Origin: a virus
Lineage: Duplodnaviria; Caudoviricetes
Virus record (IMG/VR): IMGVR_UViG_3300028388_004387
Span: 1 to 55,462 of that record
DNA: 55,462 bases
Strand: one strand, 5' to 3'
A model generated the notes under the pieces. It searched no databases, was not told where the DNA came from, and saw only the letters and a program-made list of their open reading frames with translations. The position numbers and the translations under genes are program-made. Position 1 is the first letter of the stretch. Each line of letters begins with the position of its first letter. Positions 8,370 to 20,900 of the stretch are shown here, piece by piece.

Positions 8370-8753
8370 ATGGCAGCAAAAAGCAAAACGCTAAGCATGC
8401 GCACTCAACAAATTTACGCGACAGTGCGCGAGAGATGCTTTCTGCGCTATTTAAACAGCGAAAGGGTATACGAGGTGGCGGAGAAGCGAGAAAGTGGCGA
8501 TATGAAGCTCAATGTGTGGTTGTTGGATAATGGTCTGATGAAGCTTGCACGCAAAGGAGTAGAATGCGAGTACCACATTAGCAGCTTTGAGTACGGATTG
8601 GCGAACGGTACAATCGCAGTGCTTAGCGAAGCGCCCGGTACAAAGCTGGAGCAAGAGAAAAAGAAAGTAGCCGCACGCAAGGAGCAGGTGAAAGAAATAA
8701 AGAAACAGCGCAAGCAAGCAGCGCAAGCTGCACAGTCGCCAACGCTGTTTTAA
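8370..8753 (+). CDS. Hypothetical protein with basic C-terminal tail
   Basis: 127-aa ORF. Confidence 0.7.
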   Translation: MAAKSKTLSMRTQQIYATVRERCFLRYLNSERVYEVAEKRESGDMKLNVWLLDNGLMKLARKGVECEYHISSFEYGLANGTIAVLSEAPGTKLEQEKKKVAARKEQVKEIKKQRKQAAQAAQSPTLF

Positions 8754-8834
8754 GGAATTGAAAATTGACGTTTGTTTGTTGGGCGGAGTATGCAGCGCTC
8801 GCCAGCGCTCCGCCCACTTTTAAAACCAAAGAAA

Positions 8835-9122
8835 ATGAAGCTTACTAAGCAAGAGCGAAATCACGTAACCCACTGGCACGTCAGAGGCTTGGGAGTAGGT
8901 AAGCACGGGCACATTTTGCGCGACATTCCAATAAGGAGTTACCTGGTGGAAAGGTGCCACACAGAAAGCCAAGCAGCAGTAAGAGCGCTTGAGCTTATCC
9001 CCAGTGAAGAAATTACACACTTAGTAGTAAACGGAAGCGGGTATGGAGCCCGGTATGATGTTAGCTGGATAATGACAGTCAAAGAGCTTGTGGAAATGCG
9101 GAATAAAAGCCGCGCCACGTAA
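8835..9122 (+). CDS. Hypothetical protein
   Basis: In-frame ATG at 8835 after an A-rich leader within ORF 8772-9122. Confidence 0.65.
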   Translation: MKLTKQERNHVTHWHVRGLGVGKHGHILRDIPIRSYLVERCHTESQAAVRALELIPSEEITHLVVNGSGYGARYDVSWIMTVKELVEMRNKSRAT

Positions 9123-9140
9123 CCTGCGACCAACTTGAGA

Positions 9141-9186
9141 GCGGGCAGGGTTTTTCCTCGCACGGTTTTCCCTGCTCGCATTTTTT
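9141..9186 (+). terminator. Probable terminator or large-loop hairpin
   Basis: GCGGGCAGGG ... CCCTGCTCGC followed by ATTTTTT. Confidence 0.55.
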
Positions 9187-9208
9187 GAAGCAAATCAAAA
9201 CAGCAGAA

Positions 9209-9442
9209 ATGAATGTAGTAAAGCAAACAACGACAACCGGAGAGGTGTTCTTAACACATAGCTCAGACGGCACTTGGTTTTGCGAGGTAGGCGGACATGT
9301 TCTAAAGCGGACTACAGAGCCCTTCCTCTTTCAGCAGGATGTGTCAAAGCTGCAAATATTTGAGGAGGAGGATGTGATAGTGGCAGTGGAAACGGAGGAG
9401 CAGTTTAGGTCGCAGCTTGTAAAGCTTATGCGACATGCGTAA
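9209..9442 (+). CDS. Hypothetical protein
   Basis: In-frame ATG at 9209 within ORF 9185-9442. Confidence 0.6.
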   Translation: MNVVKQTTTTGEVFLTHSSDGTWFCEVGGHVLKRTTEPFLFQQDVSKLQIFEEEDVIVAVETEEQFRSQLVKLMRHA

Positions 9443-9674
9443 ATCAACAGAGAAACAGCGATACAACATAGCCGGAGAAGTGTATAAGCGACGCATGGAA
9501 ATGGGCATTACTGCACAAGAGGTTGATGAGCGGATTAGAGCGCTTGGAGTAAACGTCCCAAAGAACTATACGTCAAACGTTGAGTCAGCAAACGTCAAGT
9601 CGCTGCACACTCTTCGCTTCACGAGCTTGCGCTTTGTGCTTGGCATGAGTAAAAGGGCATACGCGGCGAAATGA
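9435..9674 (+). CDS. Putative XRE-like HTH protein
   Basis: IAGEVYKRRMEMGITAQEV...YTSNVES resembles a Cro/C1-type HTH. Confidence 0.55.
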   Translation: MRKSTEKQRYNIAGEVYKRRMEMGITAQEVDERIRALGVNVPKNYTSNVESANVKSLHTLRFTSLRFVLGMSKRAYAAK

Positions 9675-9732
9675 TAAAGAGCAGGGGTAGGCGCGCCAGC
9701 GCTTGCTTCTTTGTTTGGTTACATTAACAGTT

Positions 9733-9769
9733 AGGAAGAGGATAGTCAAGTCTATGCTCTTCCTTTTTT
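9733..9769 (+). terminator. Intrinsic terminator
   Basis: AGGAAGAG(G)ATAG-loop-CTAT(G)CTCTTCCT followed by a T-run. Confidence 0.75.
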
Positions 9770-9786
9770 ATATGCAGTGATATAGG

Positions 9787-9794
9787 TATATTTG
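9787..9794 (+). promoter_or_regulatory. Bacteroidota -7 element upstream of the tape measure operon
   Basis: TATATTTG between a terminator and the ATG at 9814. Confidence 0.55.
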
Positions 9795-9813
9795 TTAATA
9801 CTAAAGCCGCAGC

Positions 9814-12800
9814 ATGTCAAGGACTATCGCATTCAGCTTGGAGGTACAAGCGGTTGGCAGCATCGCCAGCCAACTTAGCACAGTAGGCCAAGAGCTGGAC
9901 AAGGTTGCCAAACGTACGAGAGAAGTCCGCAAACAGCTTAACACGCTAAATCAAGGAGGCGCTGGAGCAGAGGAAGTGCGCAGGCAACTACAGGCGCAAG
10001 GGCGCAGCGTTGACGATTTGCGGAAAGAATACAAGGAGCTGATAACGGAAAGCACGCGCCTCAAACAAAGCCAAAAAGATTTACGGAAAGATTTCCGAGA
10101 CCTTGCCAAGGATGCTGCTGCGGTACGCTTCCCGAAAGGCAGCTTAGCGGACCTGGAGCAGCGATACCGCAAGCTCAGACAAGAGATTAGGCTGCTGGAT
10201 GAAACAGCACTAAAAAGCAAGGGAGGGCAGCGCTTAATCTCAGAAGCGCGACAGCTAAAAACGCAAATAGACAGCACCAATCGCAGCATAGGGATATTCA
10301 ACGGGAATGTCGGTAACTATAAGAGCGCTTTCAGCGGGCTTGCAAGTGTGGTGAAAAGCACGGTTGGCGTTTACTTTAGTGCGCAAGCTATATTCAGAGG
10401 GCTGCAAGATGCAGTCACTACCATAAGGGAGTTTGAGCAGTCGCTTGCGGAGCTGCAATCAATCCTGGGTGTAACAGACCAGGAGCTGCAATTCTTTGGA
10501 GACCAGGCGCTACTCATTGGGCGCAACTTTGGAACAAGCGCCAAGGAGATAGCTGACGGCTTTGCGCTTATAGGCTCAAAGAAGCCAGACCTGCTTGAAG
10601 ATGCTGCTGCGCTTGCTGAAGTAACAAAGCAAGCCGACATCCTTGCGAACGCTGCTGGGCTTACATTGCCGGAGGCAGCTGATGCGCTTACAAAGTCGCT
10701 AAACCAATTCCAAGCCCCTGCACGGGACGCCTCAAAGTTTGTTGATATCTTAGCTACGTCGCAGCAGCGAGGTACCGCCCGGATTGAAGCACTTAGCGCC
10801 TCGCTAAAGAACGCGGGTGCGGTAGCCAACGCTTTTGGGCTAAGCTTTGAGGATACGAACGTTGTGCTGCAAGCACTTGCGAAGGGTGGGCAGGAAGCAG
10901 AGGAAGCTGGTACCAAGCTGCGTACCTTCCTATTGAAGCTTGCTGCAACTGGCGACAAAGATTTGAACCCTGCGCTGAACAGCACAGTGAGCATCTTAGA
11001 AACGCTGAAGGAGCGTTACACAGACCAGGAAACAGGTTTGCTGAACGTTACGGAGCTGACTGAAATATTTGGCGACAGGGCAGTGGTTGCTGCTACCACC
11101 CTAATCGGGCAAATAGATGCAGTTAAGACACTTGACGGAAACCTGCTGGAGCTGGGTAACGCTTTAGGGCAAGCAAACAACAATACCAACACACTTGACG
11201 GCTCTCTCAACAAGCTGGGGCAAGCATACGACGCTCTCATCTTAAGCTTGGAGGGAGGAGAAAAAAGAGTCAGCGGAGCGCTTAAAGGACTGACAGATCA
11301 GTTCACCGACCGCCTCACAGCGCTGCAAGAGTTTAATGACGGGAACATAGGATTCGGGCAGCTTATAGCAGTCATAACCGGGCAAGTCAACCCGCAGCTC
11401 ATCCTGCTTCAAGCGGAGCTGGAGCGCGCAAAAAAGAGCGCCACTGGCTTAAGCGAGGAAAGCGGAGAGGTATCGCTGCGCTTTAGCGACAATGCTACAA
11501 AGCTAAGAGCATACAAAGAGGAGCTTGAGGAAGCAGAGCTTGCACTAAGCGGAATAGAGGAGGGGACGAAAGGGTACGAGGATGCGCTGCGCAATGTTGA
11601 GCAACTGCAAACAATAGTAGGCAGGCTGGCAGGAGAGGTAGCTGCTGAATTAGCAGGTACTGCACAGCAACCAACGGAAACAATCGCCAGTCTTAAGGAG
11701 GAGCAGAAAAAGCTTAGAGAGGAGCTGGAAAGCACAGCTATAGGCACCCAGGAATTTGACGACAAGCTGGAGGAGCTTATTGATGTGAACAATAGGCTTG
11801 ACAAAGCAACTGAAAAGCTGCGCAAAAGCGTAAAGAAAGTCAAGGAGGAAGTAGAGCCCGCAGCAGGTAGCATAGACGCGCTGAACAAAAAAATCAGGGA
11901 GCTTACAAAGGACTTTAATGCAAGCGCTGACGAGCGGGAGCGACTAAGCATACTAAACCAGATAGACGAGCTTAAAGAGGAGCTTAGGTTCCTGCAAACA
12001 GGAGCCGCTGGGAAAATCATAATACCGCTGCCTGGCTTAGACGACGCAGCACTTGAAGAAGGGATAAAGGCAGCTGGAGAAAAAGTGCTTGATTTAGACA
12101 AGCAAATCAAAGCCATAGAGGAGTTGCAGCAGCGCAGCAACCTACAGCTTTTCGAGGAGTTTGGAAGCAACTATGAAAGCATTGAGGAGGCGGAGGGGCT
12201 GCTGGCTAACTTGCGCGCGCAGTTTGAAAAGTCAAAGTTTGCTATTGAGCAGGAGATAAAAACGCAAGTTGACATCACTGACTCGCTGCGTACAGTGCGC
12301 AGGCTGCAAAAAGTGTTTGAGGATTTCCGCAACTTAGAGGACCCGCTGCAACTGTACGAGGAAGTGCAAGCAGAGAAAGATAAAGCGCTTGTAGAGGACA
12401 TAGGCGACATTATCGAGTCGCAGCAAAGGGAAATAAAAAAGAACGCTGGGAAGTACAGCATAGGAGAGGAGTATCGCAAGCAAGCAGAAAAAGCAGCAGA
12501 AGCATGGGAGCAGCTAAGCGGATTATTCGTAGATATAGCTGGAGCGCTAAGCCAAGCAATTACAGACGCACAAATATCAGACATAGAGCGGGAAGAAGAA
12601 GCGCGAATCGCTGCGTTAGAAGCGCGCTATGAACGCGAAATAGACTTGGCGGGTGATAACGCCGAGGAGCAGGAACGCCTTGAGAAAAAGCTTGAGAGGG
12701 AGCGCAAGAAAATCGAAAAGGATGCAGCTAAAGAAAAGAAACGGCTTGCGCTTATTGATGCAGCCATACAAGTTGCTTTGTCTATCATCGAAGCTTCCCC

Positions 12801-13323
12801 GGACCCGATAAGGATAGCAGGAGCAATCGCTATTGGTGCAATACAGACAGCCACCATTGCTGCGCAGCAGTTTTGGAAAGGGGGTAAGGTGAAGCCAGAG
12901 GTGCTTAATGACGGGAAGATAAACGCACGCAGTAACGTAAAGCCAGACGCCCACGGTGATAGGGTGCTTGCACTTGTAAAGCCTGGAGAGGTGATACTGA
13001 ATGAATGGCAGCAAGCTTTGCTGGGCGGAGCGGCAACTTTTAAGAGGATAGGCGTACCCGGTTTCGCAGCAGGAGGAGCGGTAGGCTCGCAAGCTACACA
13101 AACACCGTTCGTGGTGACAAGCACAATACAAGGCAGGACAGAGATATCGCCACAAAGCATAGAAATGATGAGCAGGATGGTTGCTGGTGCTGTGCTGCAA
13201 AGCTTTGGGCTGGCACAAGAAGGGCTGGCACAGTCTTTCCGTGAAAGCATACAAGAGGGGCTTGAAATAGCAAACAGAAACAGAGAAAGAAGGATAGAAG
13301 CAAGCAAGCAAAGCACTTACTAA
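9814..13323 (+). CDS. Tail tape measure protein (TP901-type core)
   Basis: 1169 aa, helical; GNVGNYKSA motif, EFEQSLAELQSILG...GTSAKEIADG...AGTKLRT core, C-terminal F..GG.V...PGEVILN motif. Confidence 0.92.
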   Translation: MSRTIAFSLEVQAVGSIASQLSTVGQELDKVAKRTREVRKQLNTLNQGGAGAEEVRRQLQAQGRSVDDLRKEYKELITESTRLKQSQKDLRKDFRDLAKDAAAVRFPKGSLADLEQRYRKLRQEIRLLDETALKSKGGQRLISEARQLKTQIDSTNRSIGIFNGNVGNYKSAFSGLASVVKSTVGVYFSAQAIFRGLQDAVTTIREFEQSLAELQSILGVTDQELQFFGDQALLIGRNFGTSAKEIADGFALIGSKKPDLLEDAAALAEVTKQADILANAAGLTLPEAADALTKSLNQFQAPARDASKFVDILATSQQRGTARIEALSASLKNAGAVANAFGLSFEDTNVVLQALAKGGQEAEEAGTKLRTFLLKLAATGDKDLNPALNSTVSILETLKERYTDQETGLLNVTELTEIFGDRAVVAATTLIGQIDAVKTLDGNLLELGNALGQANNNTNTLDGSLNKLGQAYDALILSLEGGEKRVSGALKGLTDQFTDRLTALQEFNDGNIGFGQLIAVITGQVNPQLILLQAELERAKKSATGLSEESGEVSLRFSDNATKLRAYKEELEEAELALSGIEEGTKGYEDALRNVEQLQTIVGRLAGEVAAELAGTAQQPTETIASLKEEQKKLREELESTAIGTQEFDDKLEELIDVNNRLDKATEKLRKSVKKVKEEVEPAAGSIDALNKKIRELTKDFNASADERERLSILNQIDELKEELRFLQTGAAGKIIIPLPGLDDAALEEGIKAAGEKVLDLDKQIKAIEELQQRSNLQLFEEFGSNYESIEEAEGLLANLRAQFEKSKFAIEQEIKTQVDITDSLRTVRRLQKVFEDFRNLEDPLQLYEEVQAEKDKALVEDIGDIIESQQREIKKNAGKYSIGEEYRKQAEKAAEAWEQLSGLFVDIAGALSQAITDAQISDIEREEEARIAALEARYEREIDLAGDNAEEQERLEKKLERERKKIEKDAAKEKKRLALIDAAIQVALSIIEASPDPIRIAGAIAIGAIQTATIAAQQFWKGGKVKPEVLNDGKINARSNVKPDAHGDRVLALVKPGEVILNEWQQALLGGAATFKRIGVPGFAAGGAVGSQATQTPFVVTSTIQGRTEISPQSIEMMSRMVAGAVLQSFGLAQEGLAQSFRESIQEGLEIANRNRERRIEASKQSTY

Positions 13324-13598
13324 TGAGCGAAGAGTACACAACGTGGGGCGTACTTGAGGGCGGGTGTACATATAGTTGGTTCTGTGCGCAAATCATAAGC
13401 AAGAAAACAGCGACGAAAGAAGTAAAGCTCTTGCTATATTTACTCCAAGAAGGGAGCAACACAAAACAACAAGATGAAAGCGCAAGCAATATACCAAAGA
13501 ACTATCGAGCCAGGGAGTGCAGAAATTTTGTGTTTAACGGTTTACCAAGCCCCTACAGCTCAGGATATGTTAGGCTCTACCGCCCCTTGTTTAACTGA
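13323..13598 (+). CDS. Hypothetical protein
   Basis: 91-aa ORF coupled to the TMP stop (TAATG). Confidence 0.45.
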   Translation: MSEEYTTWGVLEGGCTYSWFCAQIISKKTATKEVKLLLYLLQEGSNTKQQDESASNIPKNYRARECRNFVFNGLPSPYSSGYVRLYRPLFN

Positions 13599-13605
13599 CG
13601 AAAAA

Positions 13606-13770
13606 ATGAACAAGCAGAAGCAGCAAATAGAAGCAGAACTTAAGCGCTACCAATCGCAGCTCATAAGCGCAGCAGGCGTCAGTGTAGTGCGTGAAATTAT
13701 GCGGAACATCTATCGGCTGAAAATACAATACAGGATAATCACTAAAGCCCTTTCGCTATGCCAACAATAG
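13606..13770 (+). CDS. Small hypothetical protein (start uncertain)
   Basis: In-frame ATG at 13606 after an A-run inside ORF 13474-13770. Confidence 0.45.
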   Translation: MNKQKQQIEAELKRYQSQLISAAGVSVVREIMRNIYRLKIQYRIITKALSLCQQ

Positions 13771-14939
13771 ACCTCGAGCCTTCCGGCGTAAAAGGAGTAG
13801 GCGAATGCCTGCAATACGGAGTCAGCATGGCAAGCCTTGGCAGCGGGACAATTACGCGCAAGCTTGGGTACAGGCTTAAGGATGCTGACACAGGCGACTA
13901 CATTACAGCAGAGCGCGCAATGACTCCAAGAAGCGCAGGGTTCACAGAGTACCTGGACTTCACGCGCAACGTCAAAGGCCTCGTGTACACCACTCCGCCC
14001 TTACTGCAAAGCTGGAGCTTAACAGCAGCAGAGTCTGACGACAACTTTATGAAAAGCGTGCAGCTTGAAACAAAGGAGTACGTAGTTGAGAACGACCCAA
14101 GCGCTGACCCGCCTGTCTGCAACACAACAGAAGAGGCTGGGCCTACAAGTGCTTCGGTGCAAATAGTCAACAGCGCCACACAGAATTACCAGATATTCGT
14201 CGAGCGTATAGGCATGGCGCTAAGCATGCGCCCGGAAACGTGGAACGTCCCTCACACGACTTATCAGTGGGTGTGGACGTACGGTCCGGCGAACATTAGA
14301 TTGAATGCGTACAACAAGGAAAACGGCTTGGCGCAGCAAATTGATATCAGCGGAGCGAACAACGTGAATATCGTTCCAATAGGCCCTTTCAATAGCAGCA
14401 TTGCAAACGTGCAAAACATACGCAGAGTTGAAGTGCTGAACCTCAACTTCAGCGAGGGGGATGCGCGACGTAACATTGGGACGTATTATGTCAACATGTG
14501 CGACCACTGCCCAGAAAATATCCAGGAGATTTACTTCCTAAGCCCGCTGGGAGGATACGATACGATTACGTTTGATTGCCCTTCCGTTAGTGTAGTGAAA
14601 AACTACAAGGAAATCTGTAGGTACGACAACTGCGGCGGCACACAAATCAATAGGCTGCAAAGAGGAGGAAAGACAATCGGTGACGCAACTGCTGCAACGC
14701 AGTTCACTCTCACGCGCACAGCAGCCAATACACCCTCGCAGATAGAGTGGTTTGAGAGCTTCCTGGCGTCAACAAGCTATTACAAGCGCAGAACGGTCAA
14801 CACATTTGCGCCAGTAGACCAGGCTGTCAAGGTTTTAATAAATGGAGGGACAATCGGCATAAATGAGGACACGGGCGAGCTGGTAATGCAAGTTACGGGA
14901 AGGTACTTAGATTGGTCACTGCAAGGAAGTCAACTGTAA
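13758..14939 (+). CDS. Putative tail/baseplate (distal tail-like) structural protein
   Basis: Lies between the TMP and the giant tail protein; IYFLSPLGGYDTITF resembles the F.N..GG.D.F motif of Bacteroidota siphophage tail proteins. Confidence 0.65.
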   Translation: MPTIDLEPSGVKGVGECLQYGVSMASLGSGTITRKLGYRLKDADTGDYITAERAMTPRSAGFTEYLDFTRNVKGLVYTTPPLLQSWSLTAAESDDNFMKSVQLETKEYVVENDPSADPPVCNTTEEAGPTSASVQIVNSATQNYQIFVERIGMALSMRPETWNVPHTTYQWVWTYGPANIRLNAYNKENGLAQQIDISGANNVNIVPIGPFNSSIANVQNIRRVEVLNLNFSEGDARRNIGTYYVNMCDHCPENIQEIYFLSPLGGYDTITFDCPSVSVVKNYKEICRYDNCGGTQINRLQRGGKTIGDATAATQFTLTRTAANTPSQIEWFESFLASTSYYKRRTVNTFAPVDQAVKVLINGGTIGINEDTGELVMQVTGRYLDWSLQGSQL

Positions 14940-14940
14940 T

Positions 14941-17900
14941 ATGTCAGAGTGCTGCTTAGTCATAGAAATAATTGAAGCGCTGGAGCATGTGCCCAGCCGC
15001 TTTTATGAAAGCGATGGACGCTTAATTTTAGACTTGGATAGTGGCAGCAGCTTAAGCTTAGATAAGAAAGCAGAGGAGCTGAATGACATTAACCAAATCA
15101 GCATAGACGTTGCAGCTCCTTTCACAGTCCCCGCAAGCGATAAGAACTTTGCTATACTGCGCGAATACCTAAACGCAAATATCTGGAACCAAAACTTCAA
15201 GCCGTGGGTTGTGCGTGTAACGCAAGGAGGGGAGCCACTGCGCATGCGCTACCTTTACCCGCGTGCTTTTAACGAAGGAGCAGATTCATTTGAGCTTATT
15301 CTAAGCACGGATGAGCATTGGGTGCAAAAAGCAAGCGAGTTAAGGCTATGTGACCTAAACCTCCCTGCCATACCCGTAAGCTGCGCAACGTGGCTGGATA
15401 AGATGCAAAACAACGCGCAGTACGTAGACGGGGACGATGGGTATTGGATTCCGCTTGTAAACTACGGAGGGCAGAATGTTCTAAACTATGTGCCTATTGA
15501 ATTCCTGCGCCCGTGGTACAGCTTGCTTTACTTGCTCCAGGTTGGCTTTTGCCAAATAGGCTTTAAACTTTCAGCGCCAGCATTGGAGACAGCGTTCGGT
15601 AGACGCATTCTCTCGTACGTTTGGAGCGAGGACTACGGAAAGGACCGGTACGTGCTTGATAAGCGCAGAGCAAGCGCGAGAATGACTCTCACGGATATTC
15701 CTCCGTATGGTCAGGTACCTTTTACGATGGTAGTAACAGAGGAAGTAGGAATAAGCTCTCAAAATGAAATCCCGCTGAACGATGTGCTGCAAGACGAAAG
15801 CCAGCTGCTGCAACCAAAGCCGTCAGGGCAGTTTGGAACGTTTACTGCATATACCGGCACAGGCATTGTAGAGGTAGCGATTAAGGGGTACCTGGATAAT
15901 GTGGATTATCTGCCAGCGAGCATCATAACCAATTTGGTGCTGCACATAAGGCTCGTGAAGAGGGACCAGGACGGCAACGACATACCGCTCGAAAATCACG
16001 TCATCCCTTGGGACCCGGTAGTAGCTCCGCGCCTACAATTCAACCACACATTTGAGCCCGCTGAAGTGCTGCCCGGGGAATACCTGTTCATAGACGTAGT
16101 ATGCGACCCGGTTGGGCAGGCGTTTGGAGAAGGGCAAGCGTTTGGGATAAACATGAGCGCTGACTTTGAAACGCAGCGCGTTTTCTTTAGCGAGGGAGAG
16201 GAGATAGACCCGTCAAGCAACATTAGCTGCAAGGATAGTTTCTTAGACCTTGTCAAAGCTGCTGCGCACTTGCTGAACGCAAAGTTTGACACAAACCTTG
16301 CAAGGCAGGAGGTAGGCATGTACTGCCCGTACGATGTGGAGTGGTACGGAGAGAGTGTTGAAGGGTACTATATTGAGGATGGGGAAGTGGATGACTGGAG
16401 CGATAAAGTGCAGTGCAAAAGCGAGCGCACAACTACGCCGGAGAACAATAGGGAAAGGTATTTGAATATCGGGTTTAAAAGGAGCCAGGATAAGTACATA
16501 GACGACACGCTCAACGAGGATGAAATAGACGAGGAGTTCAATCACATACAGGACCTTGGGGAGCAGTATCGTGACGCTACAAAATCAATACGAAATCCGC
16601 TATTTGAGCCAACACTAAACGGCGACGTTTTAATCGCCAACCAGGAAGTGCAAGAGGTGCTGAATATTCCCGTGTGCTGGGACAACGAGGATGGGGAGGA
16701 GATAAGCTACAAGCTTGGATACCGTTTGCTGTACGCTCACGGCTGGGATATGCAGTATTTCGAGGAGGTGGCTCGGGAGTGGTTTTTCTGCTTGGATGGA
16801 GCAAGTTACACATCGCTGCCTCTTGCATATCAAATTCCAAACCGCCCGACAGCCATTACCGGCACCGCAACCACGCCCGACATCCCAATGTGGCGCCTGA
16901 CATACGGAGCAAGTGTCAACAGCTTGTTCAATATGTTTTACCGCAGGATAATAGCAGAGACGCTTGAAAATTACGGCATAGAGTTTTTGATTTACATAGA
17001 CGTGAACATGTGGGGGTTCATAGACTTCCGCAAGCGCTATGCAATCAACTACAAAGACACGGTCCTTGTCGCATGGATAAAGGAAATCAGAGATTGGCTT
17101 CCGTGCAGTGATGTAAGCACGCCGGTTGCATTTCGCGGAGTAAGGGAAAGCACAGACTGCCTCCCAGACCCTATACTTGCGCTACCTCCCGGAGCGGGGT
17201 TTTGTAGCGGTAATAACCCGGCTATCGTTGCAGTAAGAAATGGAAGCTGCGTAGACTTTAGCATAGGCGGTGTAAGTGTGAGCCCAATCGTCTTTCAAGA
17301 GTGGGAGTATAAGAAGGCGTCTGAGACGGTGTTTACAAGCTTCGGGACTAATCCTACCGCCAACCTGTGCACGGGCGAGAGAACCACGATAAAGCTTACT
17401 GTCGCGTATGATATAGGCCCGGATGGCTCTACATGCGAACCTAAAACAGTCATAACCGTTATCAATCCATGCGCAGACAACCGCCCTGTCGGGCTATGCG
17501 AAAGCTATCAAAACGAAGATGGAGACTGGTGCCTTAAAGCAGAGGTAGGAGGGGTTATTTTTGACCCGTACGTTGAGCAGAATTTTGAGTATAGCGTGAA
17601 CGGAGGCACAACGTGGAGCAGCTACACAAGCGGTTCTGAGCTTTGCGGCTTAGCAGGCACAGTGAATTTCCGCGTTACGTTGAACTGGAGCAATGATTGC
17701 GCAGACACGCTCCTGGAGTGGAGCTGCAACGTTGAGCCAGCCATACTTGACTGCGATGTAACTGACGCCGATGTAACATGCGCAGAGGTAGGAGGAGAGG
17801 TATGCTGCTTTGAGATAACGCCAAGCGCCACACAGTTCGCCTGCCAGGTAGCAACGGATGTGGTTTACTGGAGGGGAACGAACGATGGAAGCACATGGAC

Positions 17901-20900
17901 AGAATGGACTGAATGGGACGGCAGTAATGTGTGCGGGCACAGCAAGCTACAAGTAAAGCGCGTTATCACTTTTTGTGATGATTGCTGCCCAACGTATTGC
18001 AGCCCGATAAGCGAATGCCAGTGCTGCGATTTGACAGCAGACGCAGGCGCTGATGAAAGTATATGCCCAGGCACTATAACAACGCTCACAGCAACACCTA
18101 CAGGAGGCACAGCGCCCTACACATACGAATGGCAAGACAGTAGCGGTACAACAATAGGCACAACGCAGTCAGTCAACGTAATGCCTGCAAGCACAGAAAC
18201 ATACACGGTGATAATCACAGACGCGCTTGGATGTACTGCACAGGATAGCGTCACCATTACCGTGTACCCGGAGATGGCTTTGAGCGTAAGCGGAGACCCA
18301 GGCCTTGCAATCTGCAACGGCGGAAGCACTGATGTGGAGGTTACAGTTACGGGCGGCACAGCGCCTTTCACTTATGACTGGAGAGAGGTAGGCGGAGGTA
18401 GCTTAGGCACAACCAATCCAATCACCCTTTCCCCTGTTGTCACCACAGACTACGAGGTGGAGGTTACGGATGCAAATGGCTGCTCTAAAATCGAGCTTTT
18501 CACTATTACCGTGTACCCAGCGGTGACAGCAGACGCAGGGCCCGACGTTACAACGTGTCAGGGTACAGTTGTGCTTACGGGTACACCAGGAGGAGGCACA
18601 GCGCCTTACACAGAGGAGTGGGAAGACCCGAGCGGGATAATCACACCCGGCAACCCTTTAACCGTTTCGCCTCCTGTTACGGGCACCTACATTTATCGCG
18701 TAACCGACGCCAACGGATGCACAGCGGAAGATACTTTGCTGCTAACTGCAAGCGCAGGCCCCACTGCTGATGCTGGAGCTGACCAAACCATTTGCCCGGG
18801 CGATACTGCAACGCTATCAGGCAGCGCGACAGGCGGTACAGCACCCTACTCATACGAGTGGTTTGAAGGGGCTGTCAGCATAGGTACAACGCAAAACGTG
18901 AACGTAACGCCAGCAAGCACAACAACCTACACGCTTGAAGTAACAGACGCGAGCGGCTGCATAAGCACTGACACGGTAGAAATAATCGTAGATTCATGCG
19001 CTCCGGCGTGCGGGATTTCGTGCAGCATTGCAACCAACCCAAGCCCTGCGGAAATATGCGAAGGAGATAGTGTTGAGTTCACAGTAACTCCAGCAGGCAT
19101 GACAGGTCCTTACACTTACGAATGGGATGCGGATGGGGGCGGCTTCATGACTGGCTCCCAGACAATGGTGTTCACCTTCGTAAATGCAGGCACGTACACA
19201 GTACAGGCGCGCGTAACTGATGCAAACGGATGTATGACAACGTGCAGCGTAAGCGTTGACGTAGAGGAGCCATTATGCGACCCGGGCGCACAAGCTGCAA
19301 CCGTTTGCCAAGACTCGGGCACATATACGCTTTGGAGCTTGTTGACTTGGCCTTTTCCTTGCACGCCTCCGTCGCCTGCGACAGGGAATTGGTCGCTGGT
19401 AAGCGGAAACGCAAGTTGGTTCACACTTAGCGCCGACGGAGATCCGACTAACGACATTATAGATACCACAGGTATAGCGGGCGGAAGCACAGCAAGCTTA
19501 GACCTTACTCTAACCAATGGCGCATGCGCTGACCTGATTATACGATTAGACATAACCATTCGCTCACAATTCTTTTCCGGGCACCTTGCAGTTACTCCAG
19601 TCATCGATGTATGTGCACTTGGATTTGACGGCAAGGAATTTGACCTTAAAACGGTGTACGACACATGGCTTGCAACGCAAGGGCAGCCGCCAGCCGATGC
19701 GGGAGGAGAGTGGTGCGAGGTGAAATACGATTCTGGGTGCGTCGGTCCCTACACAACAAAGGAGGTAGATGCGGAAAGCACAGGCTGCACAACATACCCA
19801 ACAACCAGCGATATTCTTCCCGGCGGAGATAACCCGACAGTGAACTTCGAGTGTGGCGCACCTAACGACGGATGCTACCGCATAAGGTACAAAGCTCCAG
19901 CTGGAGAGTTGTGCCCAAACGACACAGTCGTAACCTTTAAGAGCGAAACCTGTACGCCAACATGTACAGCTTCCGTAACCATTACCGGAACCTGCTTGCT
20001 TACTGCAAACGTGACAGGCGGATGCCCAGGCGCTACATACCAGTGGCAGAGGTTTGTGGGAGGTAGCTGGTTCAACATTGCAGGGGCTACCAATAGCACT
20101 TACTTAAGCACCGCAAACGAAACGGTGAGAGTGCAAGTTTCATGCACGGATGGGTGTTCTTATACCAGCGCCCCCAGAACCGTTTCATGTGCGCCAGCAT
20201 GTACAGCGACAGCCACAGTCAATCAAAACTGCTGCCTGCTAACATTGATTACCACAAACTGCTCCTCTCAAACACAGCAGTGGCAGGAGTTTGTTGGAGG
20301 TAGCTGGGTGAATATTTCCGGAGCCACAGGAACCACTTTCAACGCCACAGGAAATGGCACCTATAGAGCTGCTGTAAATTGCTCGGGTTGCCCGACTATT
20401 TTTACTGCATCGCGGACGGTAAATATCAACGCTACAATCAGCGAATCAAGCTGCGTACTCACCGCAACCGTGACAGGGTGTACCAGCGTTTCAAACTACC
20501 AGTGGCAAGAGTTTACAGGAGGAACCTGGCAGAATAGAGGAAGCAACCAAAGCACGCACGACATAAGCGGTACCAATAGTACATGGCGGTGCGTTATAAC
20601 GATGGTAGGCGGATGCACATATACCTCCAACACCATATCAAAGAACTGCGTTGTAGCGTGCAGTATCTCCATATCGCTGGTTGAGCTGCCTAACGGAGAT
20701 TTGCGCGCCACTGCAAGCGGCTGCGGCACCTTAGATACTCCTCAATGGACGTATGCTACAAGCTACACTATTCCGGGCTCATGTTCGGGTGCAGGAGGCT
20801 GGTCTGCTGCGACAGGCACAACGGTAACGATAGGTAACGTATCAACGCACACACCTGCCAATGGCGCGCAGTGTTATAGAATTATTTGGAGGTGCTTAGA

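Noticed and set aside
9123-9186. Additional ribozyme or riboswitch in this intergenic hairpin
   Set aside because: No hammerhead core or other recognisable consensus; a GC stem plus T-run is adequately explained as a terminator.
10371-13371. Long minus-strand ORFs (for example 11409-12170, 12616-13371) and others genome-wide
   Set aside because: They are antisense shadows of well-supported plus-strand genes, Ser/Leu-rich and without recognisable motifs.
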